A stretch of DNA of 30,776 nt from an uncultured Propionivibrio sp. (GTDB lineage: Bacteria; Pseudomonadota; Gammaproteobacteria; Burkholderiales; Rhodocyclaceae), in the NCBI GenBank assembly GCA_964484585.1, contig CAZAGR010000001.1, positions 1 through 30,776 of the forward strand, written 5' to 3'. The translations under genes were made by a program, and so were the position numbers. The notes beneath the pieces are model-generated. The model worked only from the letters and a program-made list of their open reading frames with translations. It was not told the DNA's origin and ran no database searches. Below are positions 17,787-26,123 of this stretch, piece after piece; position 1 is the first letter of the stretch; every line of letters begins with the position of its first letter.

Positions 17787-19481
17787 TTACGACCGGGCTT
17801 GCAGCACTCCGGTGATTCCCACCGGACGCCACTCAGGATCGATCAACACGCCGGGGTTCATGATGCCCTGCGGATCAAGGCTGGATTTCGCTTTCACCAA
17901 CGCAGAGCGAAACAGCGGTGCCGTCTCCTTCTCGTAACCGCTGCGATGGTCGCGGCCAACCGCGTGATGGTGCGTGCTGGTGCCGCCCAGATCAATCACT
18001 AACGCATTGGCTGCCGCCTTGATGTCGCGCCACGCCGCCAATGCACTGGCCAAATCACCTGTTTTACTGCCCAGTGCAGCGAAGGTGAAGTAAGGCGCGA
18101 CGCCATCGGGATAAACGTGGGTAAAGCGACACGAGACGAAGCCGCCAAGCCCGGTGGCGCGTGCGATCGCGGCCTGCATGCCTTCAAGCACACCCTCGTA
18201 GAACGCCTCAAAGCGATCCCAGGTCACCGCCGTCTCAAAGGTGTCGAGAATCGCTCCGCGCCCAACCATGGGATCACGCAGATACGGCATACGGATAAAC
18301 GTATCACGCCAGACGCCAGCATCACCACTGCGCTGCCCGCTATCTGCCGCGCCTGTGCTGATCGCCATTGACGCCTCCACGGCTGCCGCGTCATACGTGC
18401 CGGAATTCTCGTCCACAATCTCCAGCGCGCGCTGCATCCACGCGCGCACGGGATGATCGGCTGACTCGAAACCCAAAACCAGCGTCGGGCTGCGTCCATC
18501 GCCGATGCCGAAAAAGGCGACTTCGTTGCTATCAAGCAGACGACAATTACTCGGATACAAACCCGACTGTGCCAACAGACGCACGCAACGCACGGCGTTT
18601 TTCATATCGGCAAAGCGAACGCTGGCCGCGGCGCGGAATCGTGGACGCTCCTGCAAACGCACCCAGGCTTCAGTGATCACGCCACAGGTACCTTCCGAAC
18701 CGATGATCAAGCGATCCGGTGCCGGCCCGGCACCACTGGCCGGCAGGCGGCGCGTAGCAAGTACGCCGGCCGGAGTCACGGTTCGCGTCGATTGCACCAT
18801 GTCGTCAATGTGCGTTGCCAGAGTGGCGTAATGGCCACCGGCCCGCGTAGCGATCCAGCCGCCCAGAGTGGAGAACTGGAAGCTCTGCGGAAAATGGCGC
18901 AAGGTCAATCCGTGAGGCTTTAGCTGCGCTTCGAGATCCGGACCGAACACGCCAGCCTGAATACGCGCGGCGCGACTGACACTGTCCACCTCGAGCACAC
19001 GATTCAAATTCTGCAAGTCCAGCGAAACCGTCGCTGCATAAATATCGCCCACAGCGGGCTCCACCCCGCCGCACACGCTGGTGCCCCCGCCGAACGGAAT
19101 CACGGCCACGTTATTATGCGTTGCCCAATCCAGCACGTCCACCACAGCTTGCTCGTCCGCGGGGAAGGCTACCCAGTCGGGTGGATTGGGCACATCCCGC
19201 TGCCACATGCGCGAGCAATCGGCAAACGACTTGCCATAGCTGTGACTCAGTCGGTCGTGCATCGATGCGGAAAAGCAGCCTCGCAGCGAATCCGGCGGCA
19301 TCAAGCGCGTTGCGGGCAGAGTGTAGTCATCTTCAGTTGGCGGCGCAGTCGCCGCGCCTTTGGCACCCAACATGGCCAGGGTGCCCTCAATCTGCTGCTG
19401 CTCCGCCACTGTCAATGTGTCAGAGGCATTCCCCCAGCCCCAAAAGCGTCTTATCGGCCTGTGCGACATCGTTTCGATCAT
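17787..19481 (-). CDS. FAD-binding oxidoreductase, alkyl-DHAP synthase / GlcD-like family
   Basis: IPFGGGTSVCGG, LRHFPQSFQFSTLGGWIATRAGG, GSEGTCGVITE, RFTHVYPDG, HHHAVGRDH and MNPG. GGAG lies 8 nt before the ATG. Confidence 0.92.
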   Translation of the reverse strand: MIETMSHRPIRRFWGWGNASDTLTVAEQQQIEGTLAMLGAKGAATAPPTEDDYTLPATRLMPPDSLRGCFSASMHDRLSHSYGKSFADCSRMWQRDVPNPPDWVAFPADEQAVVDVLDWATHNNVAVIPFGGGTSVCGGVEPAVGDIYAATVSLDLQNLNRVLEVDSVSRAARIQAGVFGPDLEAQLKPHGLTLRHFPQSFQFSTLGGWIATRAGGHYATLATHIDDMVQSTRTVTPAGVLATRRLPASGAGPAPDRLIIGSEGTCGVITEAWVRLQERPRFRAAASVRFADMKNAVRCVRLLAQSGLYPSNCRLLDSNEVAFFGIGDGRSPTLVLGFESADHPVRAWMQRALEIVDENSGTYDAAAVEASMAISTGAADSGQRSGDAGVWRDTFIRMPYLRDPMVGRGAILDTFETAVTWDRFEAFYEGVLEGMQAAIARATGLGGFVSCRFTHVYPDGVAPYFTFAALGSKTGDLASALAAWRDIKAAANALVIDLGGTSTHHHAVGRDHRSGYEKETAPLFRSALVKAKSSLDPQGIMNPGVLIDPEWRPVGITGVLQARS

Positions 19482-19520
19482 GCTGTTTTCTCCATCATAT
19501 TGGCGCTCATCAGATCCGAG

Positions 19521-19545
19521 CGCCGTCCCGCCATCGCCGACTTTT
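19521..19545 (+). repeat. 25-bp dispersed motif, copy E (CGCCGTCCCGCCATCGCCGACTTTT)
   Basis: Read directly from the sequence, in the divergent intergenic region between the FAD oxidase and the DUF2721-like gene. Confidence 0.9.
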
Positions 19546-19608
19546 CAAATCAGGACGGCACCGCAAATGCTACAGTGAACCGTCTTCCGGCTAAGAATAC
19601 CTTACTCT

Positions 19609-20043
19609 GTGGAATCCCAACTCACCGATATCAGTCATGTGATCCAGCTCGCCGTCGCGCCGGTTTTTCTGCTGACCGCGATTGCGACACTGATCAATGC
19701 CATGAACACCCGACTCGGGCGAATCGTGGATCGCCGCCGCGTAATACTTGATCGCCTTGATCTTGCCGTGACCCGCGACTCACCCGACATGGAGCACGAA
19801 CTGGAACTGCTGCGCTCGCGCAGCCGTCTTGTCTATTTCGCAATTTTCGGCGCCGTCCTGTCCGCGCTGTTGGTGTGCATGGTGGTGGCCGGATCCTTTC
19901 TCGGTGCCCTGCTTGGCTTTGAGATATCGCGCCTGATCGCGGGACTGTTCATCGCCGCCATGTTGGCGATGATTGGCGCGCTCGGCTTGTTTCTGCGCGA
20001 GGTCTATCTGGCGGTTCGCACGAACACCCACACGCGACGTTGA
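19609..20043 (+). CDS. DUF2721-like inner membrane protein
   Basis: IQLAVAPVFLLTAI......NTRLGRIVDR.R...L..R...., followed by two TM helices ending FLREV.LA. Confidence 0.8.
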   Translation: MESQLTDISHVIQLAVAPVFLLTAIATLINAMNTRLGRIVDRRRVILDRLDLAVTRDSPDMEHELELLRSRSRLVYFAIFGAVLSALLVCMVVAGSFLGALLGFEISRLIAGLFIAAMLAMIGALGLFLREVYLAVRTNTHTRR

Positions 20044-20089
20044 GCCTTTGGCACGCAAACGTCGGAGGCCGCCAATCCGCCAGCGGCGT

Positions 20090-20923
20090 CTAAAACACTG
20101 CGCTGATTAGATCGTCCAGGGTGGACGTCATTTCGGGGTCGTCGGTAAGCGCTCGGGCCACTGCCGCGGTGCACGCGATTGAAGGCAACATTCCCGTGCC
20201 GATCAACTGTGCCGCATGCACCAGCAGGCGCGTGCTGGCGCCTTCATCCAGACCCTGCCCTTTCAGATTCCGCGTCAGCTCGCCCAGCTTGACCAGGCGC
20301 CGCGCGATCTCAAGCTCGATGCCACCTTCGGTGGCGACAATACTGGCTTCCGCCGCACTGTCCGGATAGGCAAATTCCAGCGCCACAAACCGCTGCCGCG
20401 TGCTTTGCTTGAGCTCCTTCATCACACTCTGGTAGCCGGGATTGTAAGAAATCACCAACATGAAATCATCAGCGGCCTTGATCAGTTCGCCGTGCTTTTC
20501 GATCGGTAACATTCGCCGCGTGTCGGTCAGCGGGTGAATCACTACCGTGGTGTCCTTGCGCGCCTCAACCACTTCGTCGAGATAACAGATAGCCCCCGCT
20601 CTCACCGCTGCAGTGAGCGGGCCATCGAGCCAGACCGTATCTGCGCCGACGATGAGATAGCGGCCCACCAAATCCGCAGTGGTCAAATCATCGTGGCAGG
20701 AAATGGTCACCAGCGGGCGCTTGAGCCGCCATGCCATGTATTCGACGAAACGCGTCTTACCGCAACCTGTCGGGCCTTTGAGTAACACGGGCAAATGGCG
20801 CTGTGCCGCCGCTACAAAAACGGCGATCTCGTCACCGCTAGCTTGGTAATGCGGCTCGGCAGCTATCCGTTCAAGCTGCGCTCCAAGGCTCGACCCGGTT
20901 TTAAGATTTGGGCTCGGATTCAT
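20090..20923 (-). CDS. CbbQ/NirQ/NorQ (MoxR-class) AAA+ ATPase
   Basis: [62 protein letters not shown] and EGASTRLL. The start is placed at MNPSP (20923). Confidence 0.93.
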   Translation of the reverse strand: MNPSPNLKTGSSLGAQLERIAAEPHYQASGDEIAVFVAAAQRHLPVLLKGPTGCGKTRFVEYMAWRLKRPLVTISCHDDLTTADLVGRYLIVGADTVWLDGPLTAAVRAGAICYLDEVVEARKDTTVVIHPLTDTRRMLPIEKHGELIKAADDFMLVISYNPGYQSVMKELKQSTRQRFVALEFAYPDSAAEASIVATEGGIELEIARRLVKLGELTRNLKGQGLDEGASTRLLVHAAQLIGTGMLPSIACTAAVARALTDDPEMTSTLDDLISAVF

Positions 20924-22448
20924 AATCAAAATAGCGACAATACTCCGGCATCGGACGACGCTGGCGAAAGGCTGAGTTGCCTCCATTCAGTAGCCGCAGC
21001 TCATCGCACAACTGAAATTTAAGTTCGCGAATTCTGGCATCGACCTGCGATTGCTCATAAAAATTGCCATCGCCTTCCTTCTGTGCCAACGTCAGTTGTT
21101 CAATGGCGGCAGTGACCTGACGATTCAACACATAGGCCTCCGCCTGCGCACGATGCTGTGCCAGCCGGCGACCCATCTGCGCGTAGGTCTTGGCTTGCAG
21201 CGCGTGCAATTCCGGATCACTGGGGTAACTCAACAGATTTTCGGTTGCCACGCGCAGCGCTCCCTCGTTATCGCGCAACTCGAGCTTGGTTTCGATCAGC
21301 GCATAGGTGATGGCTCTTTCTTGCGGATACCGGGCGTGCGCTGTCGTCAACAAAGCGGCTGCGCCGGCCGCATCTTTACCGCGTCGCCGGAACTCGGCGG
21401 CCAGAGTTTCAAACATCGGCGACGCGATTTTCTGCTGCCGCAGTTTTGCCAGTTCGCGCTCGCCGTTAACGTAGTCACGCGCCCGCAACAGCGCGCGCGC
21501 CAGACCGTAGCGCGCCACGCTCTCAGCGCTTCCGCTCAAGCCGCCGGCCAAGCGCTGGGTAAAGTCGGTCACTGCTTCCTGGCCGGTGCCCAGATCCGAT
21601 CGCAATTTTGCACGCACCAAGAGAAACTCCAGCGAATCTTCAACCTGCTTGTAGGGTCGCCCTTCAATGCGGTTGCCCATGTCGGCGATGCGCTCGGTCG
21701 TCAATGGGTGCGTGCGCAGGTAACTGGGCGCATTGTTGTCAAAGACGCGACCGGATTTTTGCATGCGCTCAAAGAAAGTGGCCATGCCGCGAATATCGTA
21801 GCCAGAGCGCTCCAATAACTCGAGACCCGTGCGATCAGCTTCGCGTTCAAAATCACGCGAAAAATTGAGTTGATTCTGAATTCCGGCAGCCTGACCAGCC
21901 ACCGCAGCGCCCATCGCCACGTCAGGATTATTGCGCGCGGCCAAGATGGCCAAGGCCATGGCGACCATGCTGACAAGCTGCCCCTGGCCGGATGCAACGA
22001 TATTTCGTGCCAGATGATGTTGGGTGACGTGCGATATCTCGTGGGCCAACACCCCACCCAATTCCGACTCGGACTGTGCAGCCAGAATCAGCCCGGTATG
22101 CACCCCGATATAACCGCCGGGCAGAGCAAAAGCATTCAGGGTGGAGTCGCGCAGCGCAAAGAAATCAAAGCTCTGCCCGCCTTGTTCGATGTTTGCCGCC
22201 AACTTCCCGCCAAGATGATTCAGGTAGCCGGAAATCTCTGGATCATCGACATAACCGGATTCGGTGGCACGAATTTCGTGAATGATCGCATCCCCATAGC
22301 GTCGCTCCGCATGTGGCGAAAACACGGCCTGCGCGCCTTCACCGAGATCAGGCAGACCATCTGCAATTGAAACCTGGGTAGGTGAAAACAAGCCCGCCCC
22401 GGCCAGCATGAGTATCAACAAACGTCGGTGAGCGAATAGTCGATCCAT
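20901..22448 (-). CDS. bepA: M48-family periplasmic metalloprotease/chaperone BepA (YfgC) with TPR domain
   Basis: Signal peptide then [25 protein letters not shown] zinc motif, [17 protein letters not shown] and a TPR-like C-terminus. The start is placed at MDRL (22448). Confidence 0.9.
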   Translation of the reverse strand: MDRLFAHRRLLILMLAGAGLFSPTQVSIADGLPDLGEGAQAVFSPHAERRYGDAIIHEIRATESGYVDDPEISGYLNHLGGKLAANIEQGGQSFDFFALRDSTLNAFALPGGYIGVHTGLILAAQSESELGGVLAHEISHVTQHHLARNIVASGQGQLVSMVAMALAILAARNNPDVAMGAAVAGQAAGIQNQLNFSRDFEREADRTGLELLERSGYDIRGMATFFERMQKSGRVFDNNAPSYLRTHPLTTERIADMGNRIEGRPYKQVEDSLEFLLVRAKLRSDLGTGQEAVTDFTQRLAGGLSGSAESVARYGLARALLRARDYVNGERELAKLRQQKIASPMFETLAAEFRRRGKDAAGAAALLTTAHARYPQERAITYALIETKLELRDNEGALRVATENLLSYPSDPELHALQAKTYAQMGRRLAQHRAQAEAYVLNRQVTAAIEQLTLAQKEGDGNFYEQSQVDARIRELKFQLCDELRLLNGGNSAFRQRRPMPEYCRYFDYESEPKS

Positions 22449-22539
22449 GCGGCTATGATAGCGACTCGGAAATTTCACCGTGTGACAAATTATCTCAAAG
22501 CAGCCTTCAGACCGAGAGTTGCCCTGACGACTTCACTAC

Positions 22540-23067
22540 ATGACTAAGAAAAAGCCCTCCCCACTAAGCCACTTTGACGCCGCCGGCCAGGCGCACATGG
22601 TTGATATTGCGGCGAAGCCTGAATCCTTGCGAAGTGCCCGTGCCGCAGGCGCAATCTCCATGCAAGCCGCCACGTTTGAACTTCTGCAGGCAGGCAATGC
22701 AAAGAAAGGTGACGTATTGGGAATTGCCCGGATCGCGGCGATTCAAGCCAGCAAGCGCACGTCCGAACTAATTCCGCTATGCCACCCGATCGCGCTGACA
22801 CATGTAAGCGTCGACTTCACATTGGACTCAGAAAGATCACAGGTCAGCATCGAAGTCACCGCCGAAACGACCGGTCGTACCGGCGTCGAGATGGAAGCGC
22901 TGACCGCCGCCAGCGTCGGACTGCTCACCATTTACGATATGCTGAAAGCGGTAGATCGCGGCATGGTGATTGAACAGGTTCGGCTACTGGAAAAGTCAGG
23001 CGGTAAGTCGGGAACGTGGAAAGCCGTCGCCACACCCGCTAATAAATTACCTCGTAGGAAATCCTGA
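22540..23067 (+). CDS. moaC: cyclic pyranopterin monophosphate synthase MoaC
   Basis: LSHFD..GQAHMVD, KKGDVL..ARIAAI.A.KRT..LIPLCHP and TGVEMEALT...[11 protein letters not shown]. Confidence 0.98.
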   Translation: MTKKKPSPLSHFDAAGQAHMVDIAAKPESLRSARAAGAISMQAATFELLQAGNAKKGDVLGIARIAAIQASKRTSELIPLCHPIALTHVSVDFTLDSERSQVSIEVTAETTGRTGVEMEALTAASVGLLTIYDMLKAVDRGMVIEQVRLLEKSGGKSGTWKAVATPANKLPRRKS

Positions 23068-23596
23068 TTACATCGACTTCGCGCCAGCCCAAAGGACTTT
23101 GAAATTTCACGAGATCGCCTTCGCGGGCTTTTAGTAGCGCGCGCGCCAGCGGCGAAATCCAGCTGATACGTCCCTCGGACGCATTCGCTTCGTCAATACC
23201 AACGATCTGATAACGAAGCTCTTCACCATCAGGATCCGCAATAACGACGGTCGCACCAAAGAACACCTGATCGACGTTTTGCTGCAGCGCCGGATCGACG
23301 ACGACAGCCGTGTCCAGGCGCTTGGACAAAAATCGGATGCGCTTGTCGATTTCGCGCAGTCGTTTCTTTCCGTAGATGTAATCGCCATTTTCCGAACGGT
23401 CGCCGTTACCGGCCGCCCAGGAAACAACCTTGACCAACTCAGGGCGGTCAATCTTGACCAATTGCTCAAATTCCGCACGAATCGCAGCGTGACCGCGGAT
23501 CGTCATATAGTTGCGCGTACCGGCCGGCAAATCTGGCGCACCGGCCGATTCGTCCTCGTCATCGTCAGTGGACTCTTTTACGAAAGCCTTGTTCAT
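23039..23596 (-). CDS. greB: transcription elongation factor GreB
   Basis: [50 protein letters not shown] and [13 protein letters not shown]. The start is at MNKAF (23596). Confidence 0.96.
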   Translation of the reverse strand: MNKAFVKESTDDDEDESAGAPDLPAGTRNYMTIRGHAAIRAEFEQLVKIDRPELVKVVSWAAGNGDRSENGDYIYGKKRLREIDKRIRFLSKRLDTAVVVDPALQQNVDQVFFGATVVIADPDGEELRYQIVGIDEANASEGRISWISPLARALLKAREGDLVKFQSPLGWREVDVIRISYEVIY

Positions 23597-23647
23597 AGCC
23601 TTATGGTTCTTAACTGGAAACCGATGGTAACACCCGGCACACATCAC

Positions 23648-23682
23648 AAAATACACTCAGAAAATACACTCAGAAAATACAC
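23648..23682. repeat. 13-bp tandem repeat x2.7 (AAAATACACTCAG)
   Basis: Perfect units at 23648 and 23661 plus a partial AAAATACAC at 23674, in the greB/fbpA divergent intergenic region. Confidence 0.9.
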
Positions 23683-23684
23683 GC

Positions 23685-23713
23685 TTGCAAATGCGAACAA
23701 TTCTCAATACAAT
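23685..23713 (+). promoter_or_regulatory. sigma70 promoter overlapped by a Fur-box-like site
   Basis: TTGCAA (23685)-17 nt-TACAAT (23708). AATGCGAACAATTCTCAAT at 23690-23708 differs at three positions from the dyad AATGAGAATNATTCTCATT and lies upstream of an iron transporter gene. Confidence 0.75.
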
Positions 23714-23746
23714 AATTTCCTGAGACTTTTTACACGGAAATCCCTC

Positions 23747-24769
23747 ATGCTATCTCGCCTTACCACAGCGCTTTTTGCCGCTACGGCCTTGATTTGTTTG
23801 ACGCACAAGGCAAGTGCCGAAGACAAAGTGCTCAACCTCTACTCCGCCCGCCATTACCAGACCGATGAAGCCCTTTATAGCAATTTCACCCAACAAACGG
23901 GCATAAAGATCAAGCGGATCGAAGCCAAAGAAGACGAATTGCTCGAGCGCATTCGCAATGAGGGCGCCAACAGCCCGGCGGACGTCTTTATTACCGTCGA
24001 CGCGGCACGACTGGCAAAGGCCGACGAATTGGGTCTTTTCGCTCCGGTCAGTTCCAAAGTTCTGGAAAGTCGCTTGCCGGCACATTTGCGTAGCGCAACT
24101 TGGTTCGCCTTCTCGACCCGCGCGCGGGTAATCATTGCCAGCAAGGACATCAAGGCCGGCGATGTACAAAACTATGAAGACCTCGCCGATCCGAAATTGA
24201 AAGGCAAAGTGTGCACACGATCCGGCTCGCACCCGTATAACATTTCGCTGATGGCGGCACTGATTGATCATCTCGGTGAAGCCAAGGCTGAGGCATGGGC
24301 CAAAGGTGTTGTCGCTAATTTTGCACGCCAGCCCAAGGGCGGCGATACCGACCAAATCAAGGCCGTGGCTGCCGGCGAATGCGGCGTGACGATTTCCAAC
24401 AGCTACTATGTCGCCCGACTGTTGCGCTCCGAAAAAGCGGAAGACCGGAAGTTGATGGAGCGCGTCAACATCATCTGGCCCAATCAAGCGAACTATGGCA
24501 CGCACATCAATGTGTCTGGCGGTGGAATGCTCAAAACAGCGCCCAACAAAGCAGCCGCGATCGTGTTCCTCGAATACCTCGCGAGTGATGACGCGCAGCG
24601 TTACTTTGCCGACGGCAACAACGAATGGCCTGCCGTGGCCGGCGTCGTCGTAAAGAATCCGGCGCTCGAGGCCATGGGCAAGTTCAAGCCGGACATGATG
24701 CCCATCGCAACACTAGCGAAAAATGCCGCGCTGGCCCAAAAACTGTACGACCGCGCCGGTTGGCAGTAA
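23747..24769 (+). CDS. fbpA: Fe(III) ABC transporter substrate-binding protein (FbpA/FutA family)
   Basis: Signal peptide ending ASA; LNLYSARHY, SPADVFITVDA, GGDTDQI, the tandem Tyr ligands NSYY, THINVSG and NNEWP. The start is at MLSRL (23747). Confidence 0.92.
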   Translation: MLSRLTTALFAATALICLTHKASAEDKVLNLYSARHYQTDEALYSNFTQQTGIKIKRIEAKEDELLERIRNEGANSPADVFITVDAARLAKADELGLFAPVSSKVLESRLPAHLRSATWFAFSTRARVIIASKDIKAGDVQNYEDLADPKLKGKVCTRSGSHPYNISLMAALIDHLGEAKAEAWAKGVVANFARQPKGGDTDQIKAVAAGECGVTISNSYYVARLLRSEKAEDRKLMERVNIIWPNQANYGTHINVSGGGMLKTAPNKAAAIVFLEYLASDDAQRYFADGNNEWPAVAGVVVKNPALEAMGKFKPDMMPIATLAKNAALAQKLYDRAGWQ

Positions 24770-24788
24770 GCGTCTGGTTAAAACTCAC

Positions 24789-25853
24789 GTGCACACGCTG
24801 TCCATCCGCTGCGGTTCGCGCGCCCTTGCAACACTTAAGAGCGACGGATTGCAACCTGGCGCGGTCGATATCATTCCAGCCGCGGCCGGCGGCCCAAAAG
24901 GCCTGGCCTTGCAGGGCTTGGATAAGGTGCTGTTCGGCGAGTGGCTGCCACGCCAGCCTCGAATCCGTTTTCTCATCGGCTCGTCGATCGGCTCATGGCG
25001 CATGGCAGCCCTTGCGCTGGCGGACCCGATCGCCGGCATCGAACGGCTGGCCGATCTTTACTGCGGACAGCGCTACGCACCCAAACCCAGTCGCGCAGTG
25101 GTTTCCCGATACTGCGAACAACTGGTACACGATCTGATCGCGGACCGCAGCGCGGAGATTCTGCAAAATCCGCACTATCGCCTCAACATACTTGCCGTTC
25201 GTGGCAAAAAACTGCTCGCGTCCGACGGGCCGCGCCGCACTCCGGCCGGTTTCGCAGCCGCTGCTCTGAGCAATTTCGTCTCGCGCCGTCATCTGCGTCA
25301 TTGGCTGGATCGCACCTGGTTTCACGATCCGCGCGATTTACCGCCGATTCTTCCTTTGCACGACTTCCACACCCACGAAGTTGCACTCTCGCCAGACAAT
25401 CTGCACTCGGCATTGCTCGCCTCCGGCTCGATCCCCATGATCCTCGATGCCGTCAAGCACATCGCCGGCGCGCCCAGCGGCAACTATTGGGACGGCGGCA
25501 TCATCGACTATCACCTGCACCTCCCCTATGACCGCAGCCCGGGGCTCGTGCTGTATCCGCATTTCACCGACCATATTGTGCCCGGCTGGCTGGACAAGTC
25601 ACTGCCCTGGAGACGTGCGCGGGACACCTGGTTGGATAACGTCATCCTGATCTCGCCGTCACGCGAATTCATCGCCAGCCTGCCGGGCAAAAAACTGCCC
25701 GACCGGCGGGATTTCAAACGCTACGGACCCTCCGAACAGGAAGAACGAATTCGCGTGTGGCGCCACGCGATAGGCGAGAGTCAGCGGCTCGGCGAGGAAT
25801 TCCTGCGTCTGGTTGATAGTGGAGAATTCGCCCAACGTGCAAAGGCACTTTAG
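24789..25853 (+). CDS. patatin-like phospholipase family protein
   Basis: AAGGPKG oxyanion loop, GSSIG nucleophile elbow, LLASGSIP and YWDGGIIDYH. The start is placed at the GTG at 24789, after the fbpA stop. Confidence 0.82.
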   Translation: MHTLSIRCGSRALATLKSDGLQPGAVDIIPAAAGGPKGLALQGLDKVLFGEWLPRQPRIRFLIGSSIGSWRMAALALADPIAGIERLADLYCGQRYAPKPSRAVVSRYCEQLVHDLIADRSAEILQNPHYRLNILAVRGKKLLASDGPRRTPAGFAAAALSNFVSRRHLRHWLDRTWFHDPRDLPPILPLHDFHTHEVALSPDNLHSALLASGSIPMILDAVKHIAGAPSGNYWDGGIIDYHLHLPYDRSPGLVLYPHFTDHIVPGWLDKSLPWRRARDTWLDNVILISPSREFIASLPGKKLPDRRDFKRYGPSEQEERIRVWRHAIGESQRLGEEFLRLVDSGEFAQRAKAL

Positions 25854-25980
25854 TCTGCAACACCCTACAGATGAATGGGTATAAGCCCGTGACGTTAGCC
25901 AAAGGCTGGGGATCGTCATCCAGCAACAAAACTTGGGTGAAGTCTCAATCACCGATAGTCTCGGTCTTTTTTGCCAGAAA

Positions 25981-26005
25981 CGCCGTCTCGCCGGCGCCGA
26001 CTTTT
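25981..26005 (+). repeat. 25-bp dispersed motif, copy F (CGCCGTCTCGCCGGCGCCGACTTTT)
   Basis: Read directly from the sequence; intergenic, 118 nt upstream of the RCC1-repeat gene start. Confidence 0.9.
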
Positions 26006-26123
26006 CAGAAGAGGCTACACTCGCGGCACGATGTCTTTGCGCTTCAGGCGTAAATCCTCCATTCAACTCGGCATCCGCAGAAATGATAACTTATCGCCAC
26101 GATCCAATTTGAGGGGCGCGACA

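Noticed and set aside
23279-23746. Long N-terminal extension of the Fe(III)-binding protein given in the ORF track
   Set aside because: It overlaps greB and runs through the promoter and Fur-like site; the signal peptide starts at 23747.
25971-26123. Arg-rich 51-aa extension of the RCC1 protein as a possible Tat signal or motif-containing coding region
   Set aside because: A good RBS and signal peptide are at 26124, so motif copy F is treated as intergenic.
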